Shown: piece by piece, positions 1 to 15,850 of the stretch | How positions within the stretch are numbered: the first letter of the stretch is position 1 | Layout of the letters: the number at the start of each line of letters is the position of its first letter | DNA from: the human T2T-CHM13v2.0 reference genome, Homo sapiens | DNA length: 64,000 bases | Reading direction: 5' to 3' (one strand) | Assembly (NCBI RefSeq): GCF_009914755.1 | Contig: NC_060944.1 | Notes under the pieces: generated by a model | What the model saw: the letters and a program-made list of their open reading frames with translations, nothing else | Told to the model about the DNA's origin: nothing | Databases searched by the model: none | Position numbers and translations under genes: made by a program

Positions 1-468
1 ACATATTTCTGAACTTAACCATTATGCTGTGTTTTTAAGGAACTGTTACAGTAGCTGGGATTTAAATTAATAGAGTTCAGAGTTAAGTTCAAATATTTTA
101 CTGTACTTCAAAGTAAATTACTCAAGTTCCATAATAACAATTTAAACATTAAATATTCCTCCTTCTACTTTTTATATAAGAAATTATTATTAAAGGAGAA
201 AAAAGATTAAGCAATTTTCCTTTAATTATTGCATGAAGCTCGAAAGCACCTGTGATCATTACTTTTAGCTCAAATTGCATACCAAACAAAAGTGTGAATC
301 AACCCTAAGGAACAACTCAGGTACTGTCTGTACTTTTAATACAAAAAGAACATTAACATCAAGAAGAAATGCTCAATGCAGGTAATTCTAGAATTATCAA
401 AATGATCATTAGGTGGATACTAAAAATAATTTTTTTTTCTGTATTAGCACAGTTCTAATAACCTATAG

Positions 469-795
<327 letters not shown>

Positions 796-1108
796 TTATA
801 ATTTCAATTTGAAATAAATAAAGAAAATGTGGAATCTTTGCCATTAAAATAGAATAATTATAGAATCATAAAGCATGATAAAATAGGGAAACACTCATAT
901 CTTTTTCTTTTATATGTCAATGATGTTTATTTTTACATGATAGAATGAATTTTCTTATAATCCACAGCAAAACTATTTTAAACTATGTAACCAAGGAAGT
1001 GTATACATCTAAGTTAAATATTTTTTTCTGATATCAAAGGTAATACATACCCATGAATAAAACATTTAGAGGGAAAAAAAACCAGAAAAGCATTTTTTGA
1101 AAGAAAAT

Positions 1109-1398
1109 AGGTGGCTCATGCCTGTGATCCCAGTGCTTTGGAAAGCTGAGTTTGGAGGATCACTTGAGGCCAGGAGTTTGAGACCAGCCAGAGCAACATA
1201 GTGAAATCCTGTCTTAAAAAAAAAACTAAAACAATATTAGCCTGGTGTGGTGGCCTATGCTTGCAGTCCTAGCTACTTGGGAGGCTGAGGTGGGAGGATT
1301 GTTTAAGCCCAGGAAGTTGAGGGTACAGTGAGACATGATTGCGCCCCTGCACTCTAGCCTGGGCAATGGAGCAAGATCCTATCTCAGAAATAAATAAA
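1109..1398 (+). mobile_element. Alu (J-type)
   Basis: Alu consensus. Confidence 0.92.
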
Positions 1399-1487
1399 CC
1401 CAGAAAATAATTGCCACAAATAGTACCACACTTAGAGATCACCACCATTAAATTAAGCTTTAAGGGCAATACAATGCAAATGAGTAA

Positions 1488-1905
<418 letters not shown>

Positions 1906-1909
1906 CTGA

Positions 1910-2241
<332 letters not shown>

Positions 2242-3515
2242 ATTTTTGACTCTTAAAGCAAATGAGATTTCATCCAACCTTCTTGTCTGGCAAATTAACA
2301 AATTTCCTATTGAGGACAGTTCATCAATATTAAGGAAAGAGTGAGTCTTTATAATTCTAATTTCTGCTTCCTGGATGAGAAATGAGAAATAGAAAAATAT
2401 ATAACTTATCTACCTCCAGCCTGGTAAAGTACAGTATTTTATAGGACATCTTCTAGGGTATGATTGTTTGAAATTTCCTCAATTTCCACCATTTTCATGA
2501 AGACTATTCCGTTAATTAATAGTTCTCATTATTTGAAAGGTACAGAATCTCTGAAAATCAATTTAATGGACTCTGTTTATAACCTTAATTGCTTTTGTTG
2601 CCCTTATCAGGATTTCCTTCAGTTTATTTGAATTTTTGCAAGGTAAACCACTAAAGGTGCATGAAAAGAAGTAATTATGCCTCCTTTCCTCCATCCAGCT
2701 TCCCTTTGTACATACCCAGAAATTGCATTTCTTCCCTTCTATCTCCTCAATGTCACTTTAATAGGAATTCCTATCTTTTTGTTCTTGTTATTGTTAAATA
2801 GGGTCCCTACCAGACCTCTGGCACTCCAGGCTCCTCTCATCTATTATATTTCCTTATTTCTGACTGTTCTTCCCTTTTCCCTCAGAGATAGTAGATGTCT
2901 TCATTCTCTCTTCTCTCAGTCTCGCTCTCTCTCTCTCATTTTCTCTCTCTCTTTCTCCAGCTTCTTTACCCACATTTCTGTTGCTATGTTGTCCTCACAG
3001 TTCCCAATACTTCCAGCAGTGCGGGCAGGATTTCTGTACCAAGCTGGCACAAACGGCCCAAGAAGAAAGGTGGTCACTGGGCCAGCCTCATTAGAGAACT
3101 GTGGTCAGAATGGCCTGTGGCCAGTCTGGTCCTAGCAACCAGCCATCAAACTATTGTTTGTGGCACAGAATCTCTTTAACGAGCTGTTCTTTGCACAAGG
3201 AAATACACCAACTGCAAGGGGACTTGCTACTGGAAACAGATTTTCCTATAGTGGTGACAGGGATGATAGTCAAAATATAGAACTGAATCCATCAAAGCAC
3301 TGGAATTTAATCCAGCTATAGTGCCGGGAGCAGGATCCTGGAGGCTCCCTGCTTATCCAGATGTTAACACTATGCTTGCTAGATCATGTGAAGTTTTGGG
3401 GCAGGGGAATTCAAGTGAGGAATAAGGGTGGATGTCAGGGAGGGCATAAGAGAGGGTCGGGCAGAGACTTTTAAATCAATAAATATCATAGTATTTTAGT
3501 ATTTTAATAAACAGA

Positions 3516-3834
3516 GGCTGGGTGTGGTGGCTCAGCACTTTGGGAGGCCAAGGAGGGCAGATCACCTGAGGTCAGGAGCTTGAGACCAGCCTGGCCAACA
3601 TGGTGAAACCCCTTCTCTACTAAAAATACAAAAATTAGCCAGGTGTGGTGGCACAGCCCGTAGTTCCGTTCCAGTTACTCAGGAGGCTGAAAGCAGGAGA
3701 ATCTCTTGAACCTGGGAGGTGGAGGTTGCAGCGAGCCAAGATCACTCCACTGCACTCCAGCCTGGGCAACAGAACGAGACTCTGTCTCAAAAAACCAAAC
3801 CAAACCAAACCAAAACAAACAACAACAACAACAA
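3516..3834 (+). mobile_element. Alu (S-type)
   Basis: Alu consensus, (CAAAC)n tail. Confidence 0.93.
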
Positions 3835-6109
3835 ACCGGTTCAGCTGAATTTTGCACACCAGGTCAATGTCAGCCTTTTGGGCCATAAGTTTGTCCTCAC
3901 TCATGTTCTGTCTTCTGTTTCTCCTTGAGACCAAAACACACGTATCTAAGTAAATATCCCCATTTTACAGAAGAGGAAATTGAGACCCAGAGAGGACAAG
4001 TCATTAGGGGCCAGGTGGAGCTCAGATGTAAAGCCAGAACTGACTGATCCCAAAGACAATGCTGTTGGGACTAAAATTGTTACACAACAGTATTCATTAA
4101 TGTTCTTTAACATTTGCTAAGGACTCTTGTGGATATTTTTCAGTTCTTATGGCAACCTTGTGAAGTAATGTGGGTATTACTATCAATCTCTTTTTACCCT
4201 AAGATAATAGATACAGGTTTGGGAAACCCAAGGTTTAGAGAAGTAACTTCTTCAGAGATACTAAAAGAATGAACAAAAGATAGAAGAGCTATTATGTGAT
4301 AGAATACATGGACTCACATATGGTCATAATTTCTGGTTTGGGAACCTCTTCTCTGCCACCACACCATGCCACCCTGAGGTCTGTAACTGTACATTTCTTA
4401 GAGTACCATCTCAACAATGCCTCAACAATACAAAGATGGCTGTAATAATTTGTGGCCAGTGGTTAGACATTTAGAGTTATTCCTTCCGGCACTGGGTTGG
4501 CACTCAGCCAATTACATTCTTCCACATGATTTTCCTTAAAACCAATAGCAAAAAAAGAAACAAAAAATGGCAAGCAACTGATGGTCACTTAACTGGGATT
4601 TGAGGATATTTGTGGCCATGTGATAACCACACTACTTAGAGTAACACTAGCTAGATGTAACTGGCTAGATGTAACTACATTAGCTAAAGTAACACAAATT
4701 AGATGCAATAACCACGTTAACTAGAGTGAAACTCCAACTTCAGCTCTAAAATTCATGTGTTTTAGGAACCATTCATGTAAGTTTGGAACTTCTTTACTGG
4801 GAGTCATATTTTGACCTTCTATCAAATGCTTTATTTATATACAAACAAGTGAAATCTTTGTTATTTCCTTTATCCAATATTCTAGACTGAGTGTAAATGT
4901 CACTTCTTCCTTGAAACATTCTTTACCTGCCCTAGGCAGAACTAGCCAGACCCTCTTCTGTGACTAAAGCACTTTATACGCACCTTAACTGTAGTCCACC
5001 TAAATTGTGCTGCAGTTATTTGCATTTCAGGTTGACCTAGGAGGACTCTGTCCTAGTAATCTTTCTCTCCCCATTACTACATTACGTTTGACACATAGTA
5101 GCTATCCAAGAAACAATTGTTGACTTATTAACTAATGTATACACACACTAAGAAAATAAAATTCATGTTCACATAGTTTGAAAAGAAATTAGGTGTTGCC
5201 ATTTTTAGTGGTGGGAGTGGAGTGAGGGTAACATTTGGTCTTTAGTGATACCATTTTTAGTGGAGGAAACTGTTATCTGTGGTAACATTTGGTCTGTCTT
5301 GGAACTTTATATTTTTGATTAAGCAAATACGGGGAATGAAGGTTTAGCAGCTCTCATATTTTATTATAACATTTACAAATCTGTTTATTGCATTATTTCA
5401 CATGTAATTTCAAGAAAGAGTTCCTGATGTAAAAGCAGTATTCAGCAACTTAATTTAATTAAAATTATATGGATTTTTAAAATGATGATGTCGGTCTGTA
5501 TATATTAACATGGAAAGACATCTATGATACATTGTTAAGTGAATAAAGAGCAAGTTAGGAAGCAGCAACTAAAGTATTTGTTCGTTTTTGTAAAAAAATA
5601 ATTCTATGGAGTCTTAGAAAATATTCCAGAAGAATAATATTGGAGTAATAATATTATTTTTATCCTCCTCCTTGCTTAAATTTTATATCCTTTGACCAAT
5701 ATCTCCCTAATCCCTACTCCTCCCACATATCTTTTCTTTATAATGAAAGATTACAGTGTTCCAGGTATGAAACTAAGTGTCTTCCCACATTATTTTAATC
5801 CTCACAATAACTCCATAAATTCATTCATAATTAATTAATTAATTCCTCATTCAACTTATAATTCTTGTCCTAGGCAGTGTGTTAAATGTTAGAGATATAG
5901 CAGTGAACGAGAAGGATGCGGTACCCAATGTTTCATCATTATCCTAACTTTACAGATGAAAATTAGTAAGGTTGCCCCATCTACAAGGGGTCTTCCAGTC
6001 CAACTTCTGGTTCAACTAAACATACAGACTCACAGGACACCCATGGGCTTTGTCGCCACCAGTGTATGAAGACAGGTATGGCATAGCATCTGGACTTTTT
6101 TTCTGTGGG

Positions 6110-6414
6110 ATTTTTTTTTTTTTTTTTTTTTTTGAGATGGAGTCTTGCTCTGTCGCCCACATTGGAGTGCAGTGGCACAGTCTTGGCTCACTGCAACCTT
6201 CGCCTCCCAGGTTCAAGCAATTCTCCTCCTCAGCCTCTCGAGCAGCTGGAATTACAGGCATGTGCCATGACGCCCAGCTAATTTTTGTATTTTTAGTAGA
6301 GACGGGGTTTCACCATGTTGCCCAAGTTGGTCTCGAACTCCTGGCCTCAAGTGATCCGCCCACCTCGGCCTCCCAAAGTGCTAGGATTACAGGCATGAGC
6401 CACCGCACCTGGCC
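6110..6414 (-). mobile_element. Alu (S-type)
   Basis: Alu consensus; TSD tttttctgtggga. Confidence 0.95.
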
Positions 6415-7599
6415 CAATTTTTTCTGTGGGAGTTCTTACAGCAGAGTTCATACATTCTTCCAGGAACCACCATCTTTGGTCCTTCAGAAGATGGCTCAGA
6501 TGCAAGGAGATGAGACCCACATTGGGTGGATGCAGGAGCCACCCTGACGTAAAAGCCTCATTCTCAATGTAACAACTCCATAGGCACAGTATCCAGTGTC
6601 CCCATAAGAAGTACTACCCCCATCTGGTATTTATAGTTCATGATCTTTTCTCCCAATTCAAAGGCAGTTTGCCAATCAGAGGTCATTTCTATCAGAAGCA
6701 AGCTTAACTAAAAATATAGTTAGCATTTTATTTCTATCAGATCACCAGGGAAACAGAACTAGAGAGTGAAACAAAGGTCAAATTTTTCATGCAGAAGGAG
6801 GTGAAAGGGTTTTGTTAAGTAGCTTATTCAAAAAACAAATGAAAGAGTGGATTCAAACTTAGGTCTGTCTGACTGCAAGTCTAGCTTCTGAACTTCACTG
6901 GATAGTAACAAATGTGATCTCTGGGGGGAAAGCTTTTAGAAAACTTTACTTTCTTTTTCATACTTTCTGATTTCTCAGACTTTTTTCATAATCAGAAAAA
7001 AATGGTTTTCATAGTAAAGACTATAGCAACATGAAAATATGCTTTTGCTACAGCATGAAGTGAAAGTAGCCAGAAGCAAAATGATATATGCAATTGCATT
7101 GTGATTAGGATGATGTAAAAAGAGAAATGCACAAAGAAAGAAGCCAAGCAAAAGTACAAAGCAGTCCTAATAGTAGTTGAATCAAGATGGTTGGCTTGGA
7201 AATAGCTTTTTTTCCCCTGTTTTCCAGATTTTCTATGAAATGGCTATGTTATTCTTGGAATAAAATGGAACGCATTTATTAAAATAGAAAAGGAATTACA
7301 TTTAGCTTATAAAATATTTGAAAAGTAAAAATCATGCAAACATGTCACCCTAAGATAATAGACAGTTTCATATTTCTTCATATAGGTGAATACATTTTAT
7401 ATAAAATTTAGCTGTTGGGGGTTCGGAGGCTTCTGCTGTACTCCTGCCCTGACACCACTGTTTCAGTGCATTATGGTAACCTCCCTAGACTGGGTTCATG
7501 CAGCAGAGCTGGAATACTATTGCTCAACTCCTTTCACATGCTGTCTATAGTTATTTCAGGATGGAGCTATTTAAGGTTTCATTTTCCTTCAAAACTCAC

Positions 7600-7762
7600 G
7601 TTTTGGGCTTTACATGATCCTTCTTTAGCCAAGGACTCATATAATTGGATAGCTGCTGTTATATTTTGCACGCCAAAATTTCCAAATAGCAAAGCGTCAG
7701 CCATTTTCTCCATAGCTTTCAAGTTTCCCATGTCAGCTGCTTTGGCAAAAAGTAGGTAGGCT
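7600..7762 (-). CDS. SEL1L2: SEL1L2 coding exon 5 (163 bp, phase 2 to 0): AYLLFAKAADMGNLKAMEKMADALLFGNFGVQNITAAIQLYESLAKEGSCKAQN (Sel1-like repeats)
   Basis: aaacag|AGCCTAC...CCCAAAAC|gtgagt; Sel1-repeat signature (F.KAA..G...A; A...Y..LA..G...AQ). Confidence 0.94.
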
Positions 7763-8324
7763 CTGTTTCAAGAATATAAAGTCAAGTTTGATTTTCAAAA
7801 ATGAAATTTTCTTCTCCTTCTTCAACACTATTCATACTACTTCTCTCTAACAAGCAGGAACCAGTTGTCATACAGTTTAGCTGAAGTTCATTACATCTCT
7901 AGATCAGTAGATTTTTTTCATTCCTAAAGCAGTCTAAGGCTATAATTTCAAATATATCTCACAAATAATAATGCTACTAAAAAGGAGAAATATATAACAT
8001 ACACCATCTTATACACTGATACAGAAATATATAAGATACACCATCTTATACACTGAGTAAGCTTATACACTGAGTAAAGTGAAAAATTGAGGAACTTTTT
8101 CTAAAATACTGAACTCTCCCATGGCCACCACCATTATTTATGAATATTTGTTTTATAAAATAAATTCTGAAAAATATAAGAATAATCAAAATTGGAATGT
8201 AACCTCTAGGAAGTTACTATCAGAAGAATGATGATCCCTTCATATCTTAATTTGCTAAACAGAATATATTCTTCAACACAGCAAAGTCAGACTCTTTGGA
8301 AAAACAATAATGAAACAAAACCTT

Positions 8325-8565
8325 AATGGCTAGGGCTCTAGAGTCTGACTGCCTGGTTCAAATCCTGGTCCCACCACTTACTAGTTGGAGAACTTCAGCC
8401 AAGTTATATAACTTTTCTGTGACCCTCTAATCTATGAAATGGGGATAGCATTATAGCACCCACTTCATAGGGTTGCTGTGGAGATTAAATGAGATAATCC
8501 ATGGGAAGTGCTTGGCATTGTGCGTGGTATAGAGTAAGCACTCAGTAAATTTAGCTGTTATTATT
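8325..8565. mobile_element. MIR
   Basis: ggttcaaatcctggtcccaccacttactag; gttgctgtggagattaaatgagataat. Confidence 0.8.
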
Positions 8566-10341
8566 GGGACAGTTGCATTGATTCTAAAGTTTTATAGCAT
8601 GGTAATTGTTCTCCTATAATTAGGTGGTAAGTAGTGTGAACATTTAGTGATTAAAATGATAGGTGCCACAGGATTACCTTACACTGCACTCTTCGAGACC
8701 CAGTCAGAAGCCATCTGGACCTGATTGGTATAAGAAGTGATGGAGAGTCTTCCAAGGTCAAAACATGTGTCAGAGACAGGGAGTATTTTAGGGATTTATT
8801 TTTACTTTTATAACTTCGTTTTGAAGGTAAAGACCAGAAAGCGTTAACTTCTACCTGTGACCTTGACTCAAATACAGGGAAAAAAAACCCCATAAAAATC
8901 TACCATTGCTTCTGATTTAGGAGGATCAGGAGACTCACCTTTATGTACAGCCCATCCATGCTGAGGCTAAAATAAGCTGCTCTTGGGCAGAAGCTGGAGC
9001 AGAGTAGTCCAGGCAAGAAGGACCTCAGACAGAGAAACATCCAGGTAGGCATTAGAATCCTGGATGTCAAAACACAGGGTGAGTACTCCAGTGGAACAAA
9101 AAGAGATAGAAAACTGGAGTTCAGGAGATCAAGAAAGAAATTAACCCAGGTCAAAGCCAGCTGAAATTCTGGAGGCGGGAAGGCAAACAAGGCAGATGGT
9201 CTCAAGGTCACTAAAGGCAAATGTCTGGCACCCAGGGAGAGGCAACAGGAAGAGAGCCTGGCATCAGGATACAGACTCCCTTGAGCCTTTCTGTCACGTG
9301 GCTTGCTGCTGCAACTCTATAGCCTACTGGGACAGGAGGAGCACCAGCATGGACCAAGGCACAGAAACCTGAGATAGGCTGCAGGGGCCTCCAATAGTAC
9401 GCCTAGTAGCTCCAGCATTTTATACACAGTCTCTGGACCCAGAGGGCAGCAATAGGCTGCAAAACAAATCCTTCTAGGTGTCTTGCATTCCAAGGGCAGT
9501 GTGGGCATATGGGTTCCATAGCAGAAAACCCAAGGCACTAAAAGGGATACGAGAAGCAGTATCCAGGGCTGGAGAAAGTTGCTGATAGGTAAGATTAAGA
9601 TGTGGGCTGCAATCCCCAAAAGGAAAAAGGTGGGAGAAGCTGGGCAGCAGGGGCAGATCCTAAAAGACAACTTAATTAGTTATCTGAATGGTCTCTACAG
9701 GGTCTGGCATTGGACGCTTAGGTGGGTGATGGGGGAGGAAGGGCTCAATGCTTCTGCAGGGCACATCAGAAACTTGGTGTAGAACAACGGCTTATCTTCG
9801 AAACTTCTTTGCTGATGGGGAGTGATTCTTAATGAAGGACCACTCTAGCTGTCAGTGAGGCTTCCTGACTCACTCAGACAAATTTGTTCTCTCTGACACG
9901 CTTGCTTAATATCTGTACTTTAAACAGCACTGACTTGTTCAGTGATTTTTCCTACTCATACAAAAGAAGAGGCTGAATGAGTGAATAAATGAATGAATGA
10001 ATTGGTCCAGGATGTGGGTGTGGAGGAGCCAAAAGGATAGTTTTAACCTATCTTACATCTGTCCTGCCAACCCAGGAAGTAGCAAAGCAAAGAGAGGGTA
10101 GGATAGAGGAATGAGCGGGAATGAAATTATTCTCCTTTGGTCAGGAGGGTGTGCAATCATTTTTCTCTCCACCTGCCCTACGCTTAGGCATGGCTGCACA
10201 GATGTAACTTGTTTAAGGAGACAGCAGGCCATCCTGATAACACAAGAACTTCACCCAGCTTGCCCAGAAACTCCTGAGATCTCTTTCTATGAGCCCATTA
10301 GAGTTCAGTTCTCCATTGCTACCGACTCAAAAGGGTCAGGA

Positions 10342-10787
<446 letters not shown>

Positions 10788-11589
10788 TTAGGCCAAAGAG
10801 GAAGGTCCCCTTCAAGGTTGAGTGGATGGTTACCTGGGACCTTCTCAGAGTGATTTTGTCCCATTGGGCCAAATCCAGGGTTTCCCTGGACTTGATGTAA
10901 CACACCTAGTTGGGCCCCTTCTTTGTGTGGGCTCCCATGCTATAGTTAGGGGTCATCTGAAATCTCAGGGACCAGCCCCTGACTGGCGCTCCACATCTGT
11001 TTCTTCTAGCTAGGCTGGCTGGAGAACTCTCTGTTCTTACTTATTTAGCCAGTGGGCATGTTAGTGAGATGAGCTCCTATTAGGCTGGATTGTATTTTTG
11101 GGATCTGATTTTACCCCTTCCTCATTATAACAGCCCCCAGGGACATTCAGTGGGAGGCCCAGGTTTTGCTGTGGTTGGTTGAACCACCCCCTCACTTCTT
11201 TCTTGTCTCTTAGGAAGTATTACATCATCTTTTTGACTCTCCATTTCCTTCTTGTAATTTGGAGATAATTATCTATGTCTCACGGTATCACTGTGAGCAA
11301 TGAATAATTTACACATGTAAAGTACCTAAAACAGTAACTAGCACAAAGCAGGTGCTTAATAAATGAAAGTTGTTGATGTTGTCATAACCAGAATCATAGT
11401 TGAGTGCTCCTTATCCTCTGTATTTTTATACTTCTCAAAGGTTTGGGTTTTAAGAACTCATGGACTTTGTTGCTGCCCTGTCTGGTGCTAGCTACCACAG
11501 CTCTGGGATGCTTTCCTCTGACTGGTGTGCCTATTCTGTGTGAAAACAAGAGATGTCTCCTTGTTGGGGGCTCAGGGCCCATACTTTCT

Positions 11590-11905
11590 TTATTTCTTTC
11601 TTTCTTTTTTTTTTTTTTTTTTTTTTTTTTGAGATGGAGTCTGGCTTTGTCACCCAGAGGCTAGAGTGTTATTGCATGGTCTTGGCTCACTGCAACCTCT
11701 GCCTCCTGGGTTCAAGAAATTCTCCTCCCTCAACCTCCCAAATAGTTGGGATTACAGGTGCGCGCCATCATGTCTGGCTAATTTTTGTAGAGACGGGGTT
11801 TCACCATATTGGCCAGGCTGGTCTCAAACTCCTGACCTCAAGCAATCTGCTAGCCTTGGCCTCCCGAAGAGCTGGGATTACAGGTATGAGCCACCGTGCT
11901 TGGCT
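11590..11905 (-). mobile_element. Alu (S-type)
   Basis: Alu consensus; TSD agggccca(t/c)actttc. Confidence 0.94.
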
Positions 11906-12835
11906 AGGGCCCACACTTTCTATTATTGGTTCAAAATACCCTTGCTTTCTTTGCCCCCATACCTTCAACTTAGCAGTTAGGGGACTCAAGATAAAACTAA
12001 CACACCTGTATTTCCTGGTTACTAAGTGTCAGGCACTATTGTAAGAGCTTGATTGCATTATCCGGGTCACAGAGAGGTTGAGTAACTTATCCAAGTGCAA
12101 ACAACCAGTAAATGAGAGAGCTAGGATTTGATCCCAAGGCTTTAGCTAGAGCCTTGAGGGGTGACCACAGGTTGTGCCCCTCCACTGGAAGTGTGGAGTG
12201 GAGGGAGAAGATATTTCTGCCTCCCCTTTAGACAAGGTAGGAAAGTGATAAGAGAAACAGTGAACATGGAACAAGACCATGTGGCCACAGCTTGGTCACC
12301 TCCCAGCTATCTGTGCTCACCTCACTTTAACATCTTTGAATCTCTGTTTCCAACTTCTTAAAGGAGAAAAATTAAGCTCTTCTTACCTTATAAGACTGTT
12401 CTGGGGATAACATGGAATCACATACATGAAAGTGCTTTTAAAAATCATAAGATACTGTACAAACACCCAGGCAGAAGTAAAGCATTTTTAATACAACAAC
12501 TTGCTCTAATTCAAATAACACATTTTATTTCACTTGAATCATCTAATAAATTAAAGCCAAAACAATATTTCTGCATGAATGCTCAGGTCAGTGTCTTAAT
12601 TCTCAATTTCACTTAATACGGGGACTGCAATCTCACATGCAGTTCTCCTGTTTGTTTAGAGTGATAATTTGTGGGATTCTTTAAACACAATTTGATCCTT
12701 TTAAAAACAATAGTTTATGGGCAAATAGGCTTACTCATTATCCCAATGAGTTTTAATGATAAACTACATTTGGGATTTTTCTTTTTTCTTAACCTGGAAA
12801 TTCAACTTGGCTAAGGTCACTGGATAAAGACTTAC

Positions 12836-12938
12836 TCTTCTTTTTGTTTTTGGCTTTTAGACTGCTGGAGAACCTTGATGCCCATCTTAAATAGCTGGTC
12901 TCCTTCATCTGTAAAATTTTTCTCTGCTTGCTTTTGTA
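12836..12938 (-). CDS. SEL1L2: SEL1L2 coding exon 4 (103 bp, phase 1 to 2): LQKQAEKNFTDEGDQLFKMGIKVLQQSKSQKQKE(E)
   Basis: atag|TACAAAAG...AAAGAAGA|gtaagt; open frame continuing exon 3. Confidence 0.92.
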
Positions 12939-13451
12939 CTATACATGAACAAACAAAAAATAAAAACAATATTACTTCTATGTTCCATATTTTAAAAATA
13001 ATGTGCTAAAGTAATTTGTTGGCATATTAGAGTTCTGTTCTACTTATTTTTTAAACCTCTGCATTCAAGAAGATCTGTTAATATTATTTCTTAGCTGAGG
13101 AGCGTCGGTAGGTCAGAAGGCTGAAGCTGCCTAAAAACTTATTCCCTGCTGGTTTTTGTGAAAGGATCTGGAAGGTGAAGTAGAAAGAGAGATGCTCCTG
13201 ATGGGAGAAGGGATGCTTTTGGTCTAGGGAAGGGATACAAGGTTCTCCGATCAGAAGGCAGGAGATGCCTGGTATATAAGAGGGGCAGGATCTTAGCCCT
13301 GGCTGGCAAAGACTCTCTTGTCTGAGCATAGCACAGTAAATCCCAGAGCCACAGGATTCCAAAAAAACATGAGGACATGGGCAACAGGCATCTCCAAGAT
13401 GACCAGTGTGCACCTAGGAGAGGAGGAGGGAATTGCTTTATAAATTTCCTT

Positions 13452-14110
<659 letters not shown>

Positions 14111-14359
14111 TTAGGGGAAGGCACAGAGACAGAATACTCATGATAACTTGCCTCGTAGGATGAGGGCTCAGAATCAGTTTTGCAGAATTCAAGGAAAATG
14201 AAGAAATTAAATTTTACCTGCTACAGTGATATTTTCCAAACGTTTATGTAACACTTTGCAATTTTTAAAAAATCATCACCAGTTTATAGTTGGGGAAAGC
14301 TGGTTGTGGGAAGAGTCACACTTAAAGATATAAAGATCCTTCCACCAATGTGTGCATAT

Positions 14360-14425
14360 GCACACACACACTATTTTTCTCTCTCTCTCACACACACTCT
14401 CACATACACACACACACACACATAC
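14360..14425. repeat. Compound (CA)n/(TC)n microsatellite
   Basis: Seen directly. Confidence 0.85.
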
Positions 14426-15012
14426 AGCCTTTTATAACATCACAGTGCCTCTTGAAGTCCATTACAACACTTAGTAAAATCTTTGATTAGAAGAACCACG
14501 CTTGAAGCCATTTCAAAGGAAAGGCATTTGGGATTTGATGCCTCATTAACAAGACCACAAAGAACAAGTAGCTCTTGTTTTTTATCTTTCTGACAAGCAA
14601 TCAGAGTTGCTCATTTTTCTTTTTAAATTAAATTTAAAAAATTAAAAATTTAAAAACTAAAAAAATTCTTAACTGAAAAGCCTATTTAAAATTATTTTGA
14701 ATACTTCACACTATCCAACCAATTTAGTAATACCAGGCACTTTCAGGATCTAATTTCTGCTCTGAGTTATCTGTTACCTATACTTCTAATTAAAGGGGGA
14801 AAATAATGGAGAAAACCTAATAATCTGTGTGTGGAATAATAATAGCTCCTATGAAAATGCTTTTAGAGAGTGAAAATAAATTTTGAAAGATTGGCTCTGT
14901 ATACATATACATATGAGAAATGATTTTACCACCACAAATTTCTACCTATGGCTTTTACTTTTATTTGTAATTCTTTTTTGGCTTTCCAAATGTATTGGAA
15001 TTCAATTATTCG

Positions 15013-15288
15013 TTTTCTTCACTCTGTTGCCCCGGTTGGAGTGCAGTGGTGCAATCTTGGCTCACTGCAACCTCCACCTCCTGGGTTCAAGTGATTCTCA
15101 TGCCTCAGCCTCCGAGTAGCTGGGACTACAGGTGCATGCCACCACGCCCAGCTAATTTTTGTCTTTTTGGTAGAGATGTGGTTTCACCATGCTGGCCTGG
15201 CTGGCCTCGAGCTCCTGACCTCAAGTGATCTGCCCACCTTGGCTTCCCAAAATGCTGGGATTACAGGCGTGAGTCACCACACTCAGCC
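15013..15288 (-). mobile_element. Alu (S-type)
   Basis: Alu consensus, antisense. Confidence 0.93.
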
Positions 15289-15629
15289 GCTGTTTATTAA
15301 AATACTAAAATACTATGATATTGATTGATCAAATTTTCTTTACTATAAGAGGGTCCAGGGCCGGGCGCAGAAACAGTCAAAATAAAAAGGGATATGACTC
15401 ACCTAATGGGAAAAATGATTTACAGGAAACACTTTCAATAATGTCAGGTAAATAAAGTATTACTTTCAATAAACAACCCATTGCTTAAAATACTTGTAAC
15501 AACTTGCAATAAATTTATTTTAAAGCAAAAAAATGTATTTATGGAACCGTTTTTCAAATTTTTCATCCATTGATATTAACTTGTGTTCTCTGTCTCATGA
15601 TTCTGCATGTTTGTAGCTTTGAGAAGCAG

Positions 15630-15850
15630 TATGAGCACAGACTCAAATCAGACTGCCTAGATTTGGAACGTCATTTACTAGATACCAACTATATAGCCTT
15701 GGGAAGATTATTTAACCTCTCAGTGCCTACATCACCTCATTGTAAAATGGGAATTATAATAGCCCCTTCTTCTCAAAGGCAGTGAGAAAATTAAGTACAA
15801 GAACTGAAACCTGCCTAGTATCTAAGTGCTTTATAAGTTTCAGCTCTTAT
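15630..15850. mobile_element. MIR
   Basis: ttatttaacctctcagtgcct...tgtaaaatgggaattataatag. Confidence 0.7.

Noticed and set aside
2677-3179. 152-aa hydrophobic plus-strand ORF
   Set aside because: Arises from T/C-rich low-complexity sequence; no splice or homology support
7415-7759. 114-aa plus-strand ORF
   Set aside because: Antisense shadow of SEL1L2 exon 5
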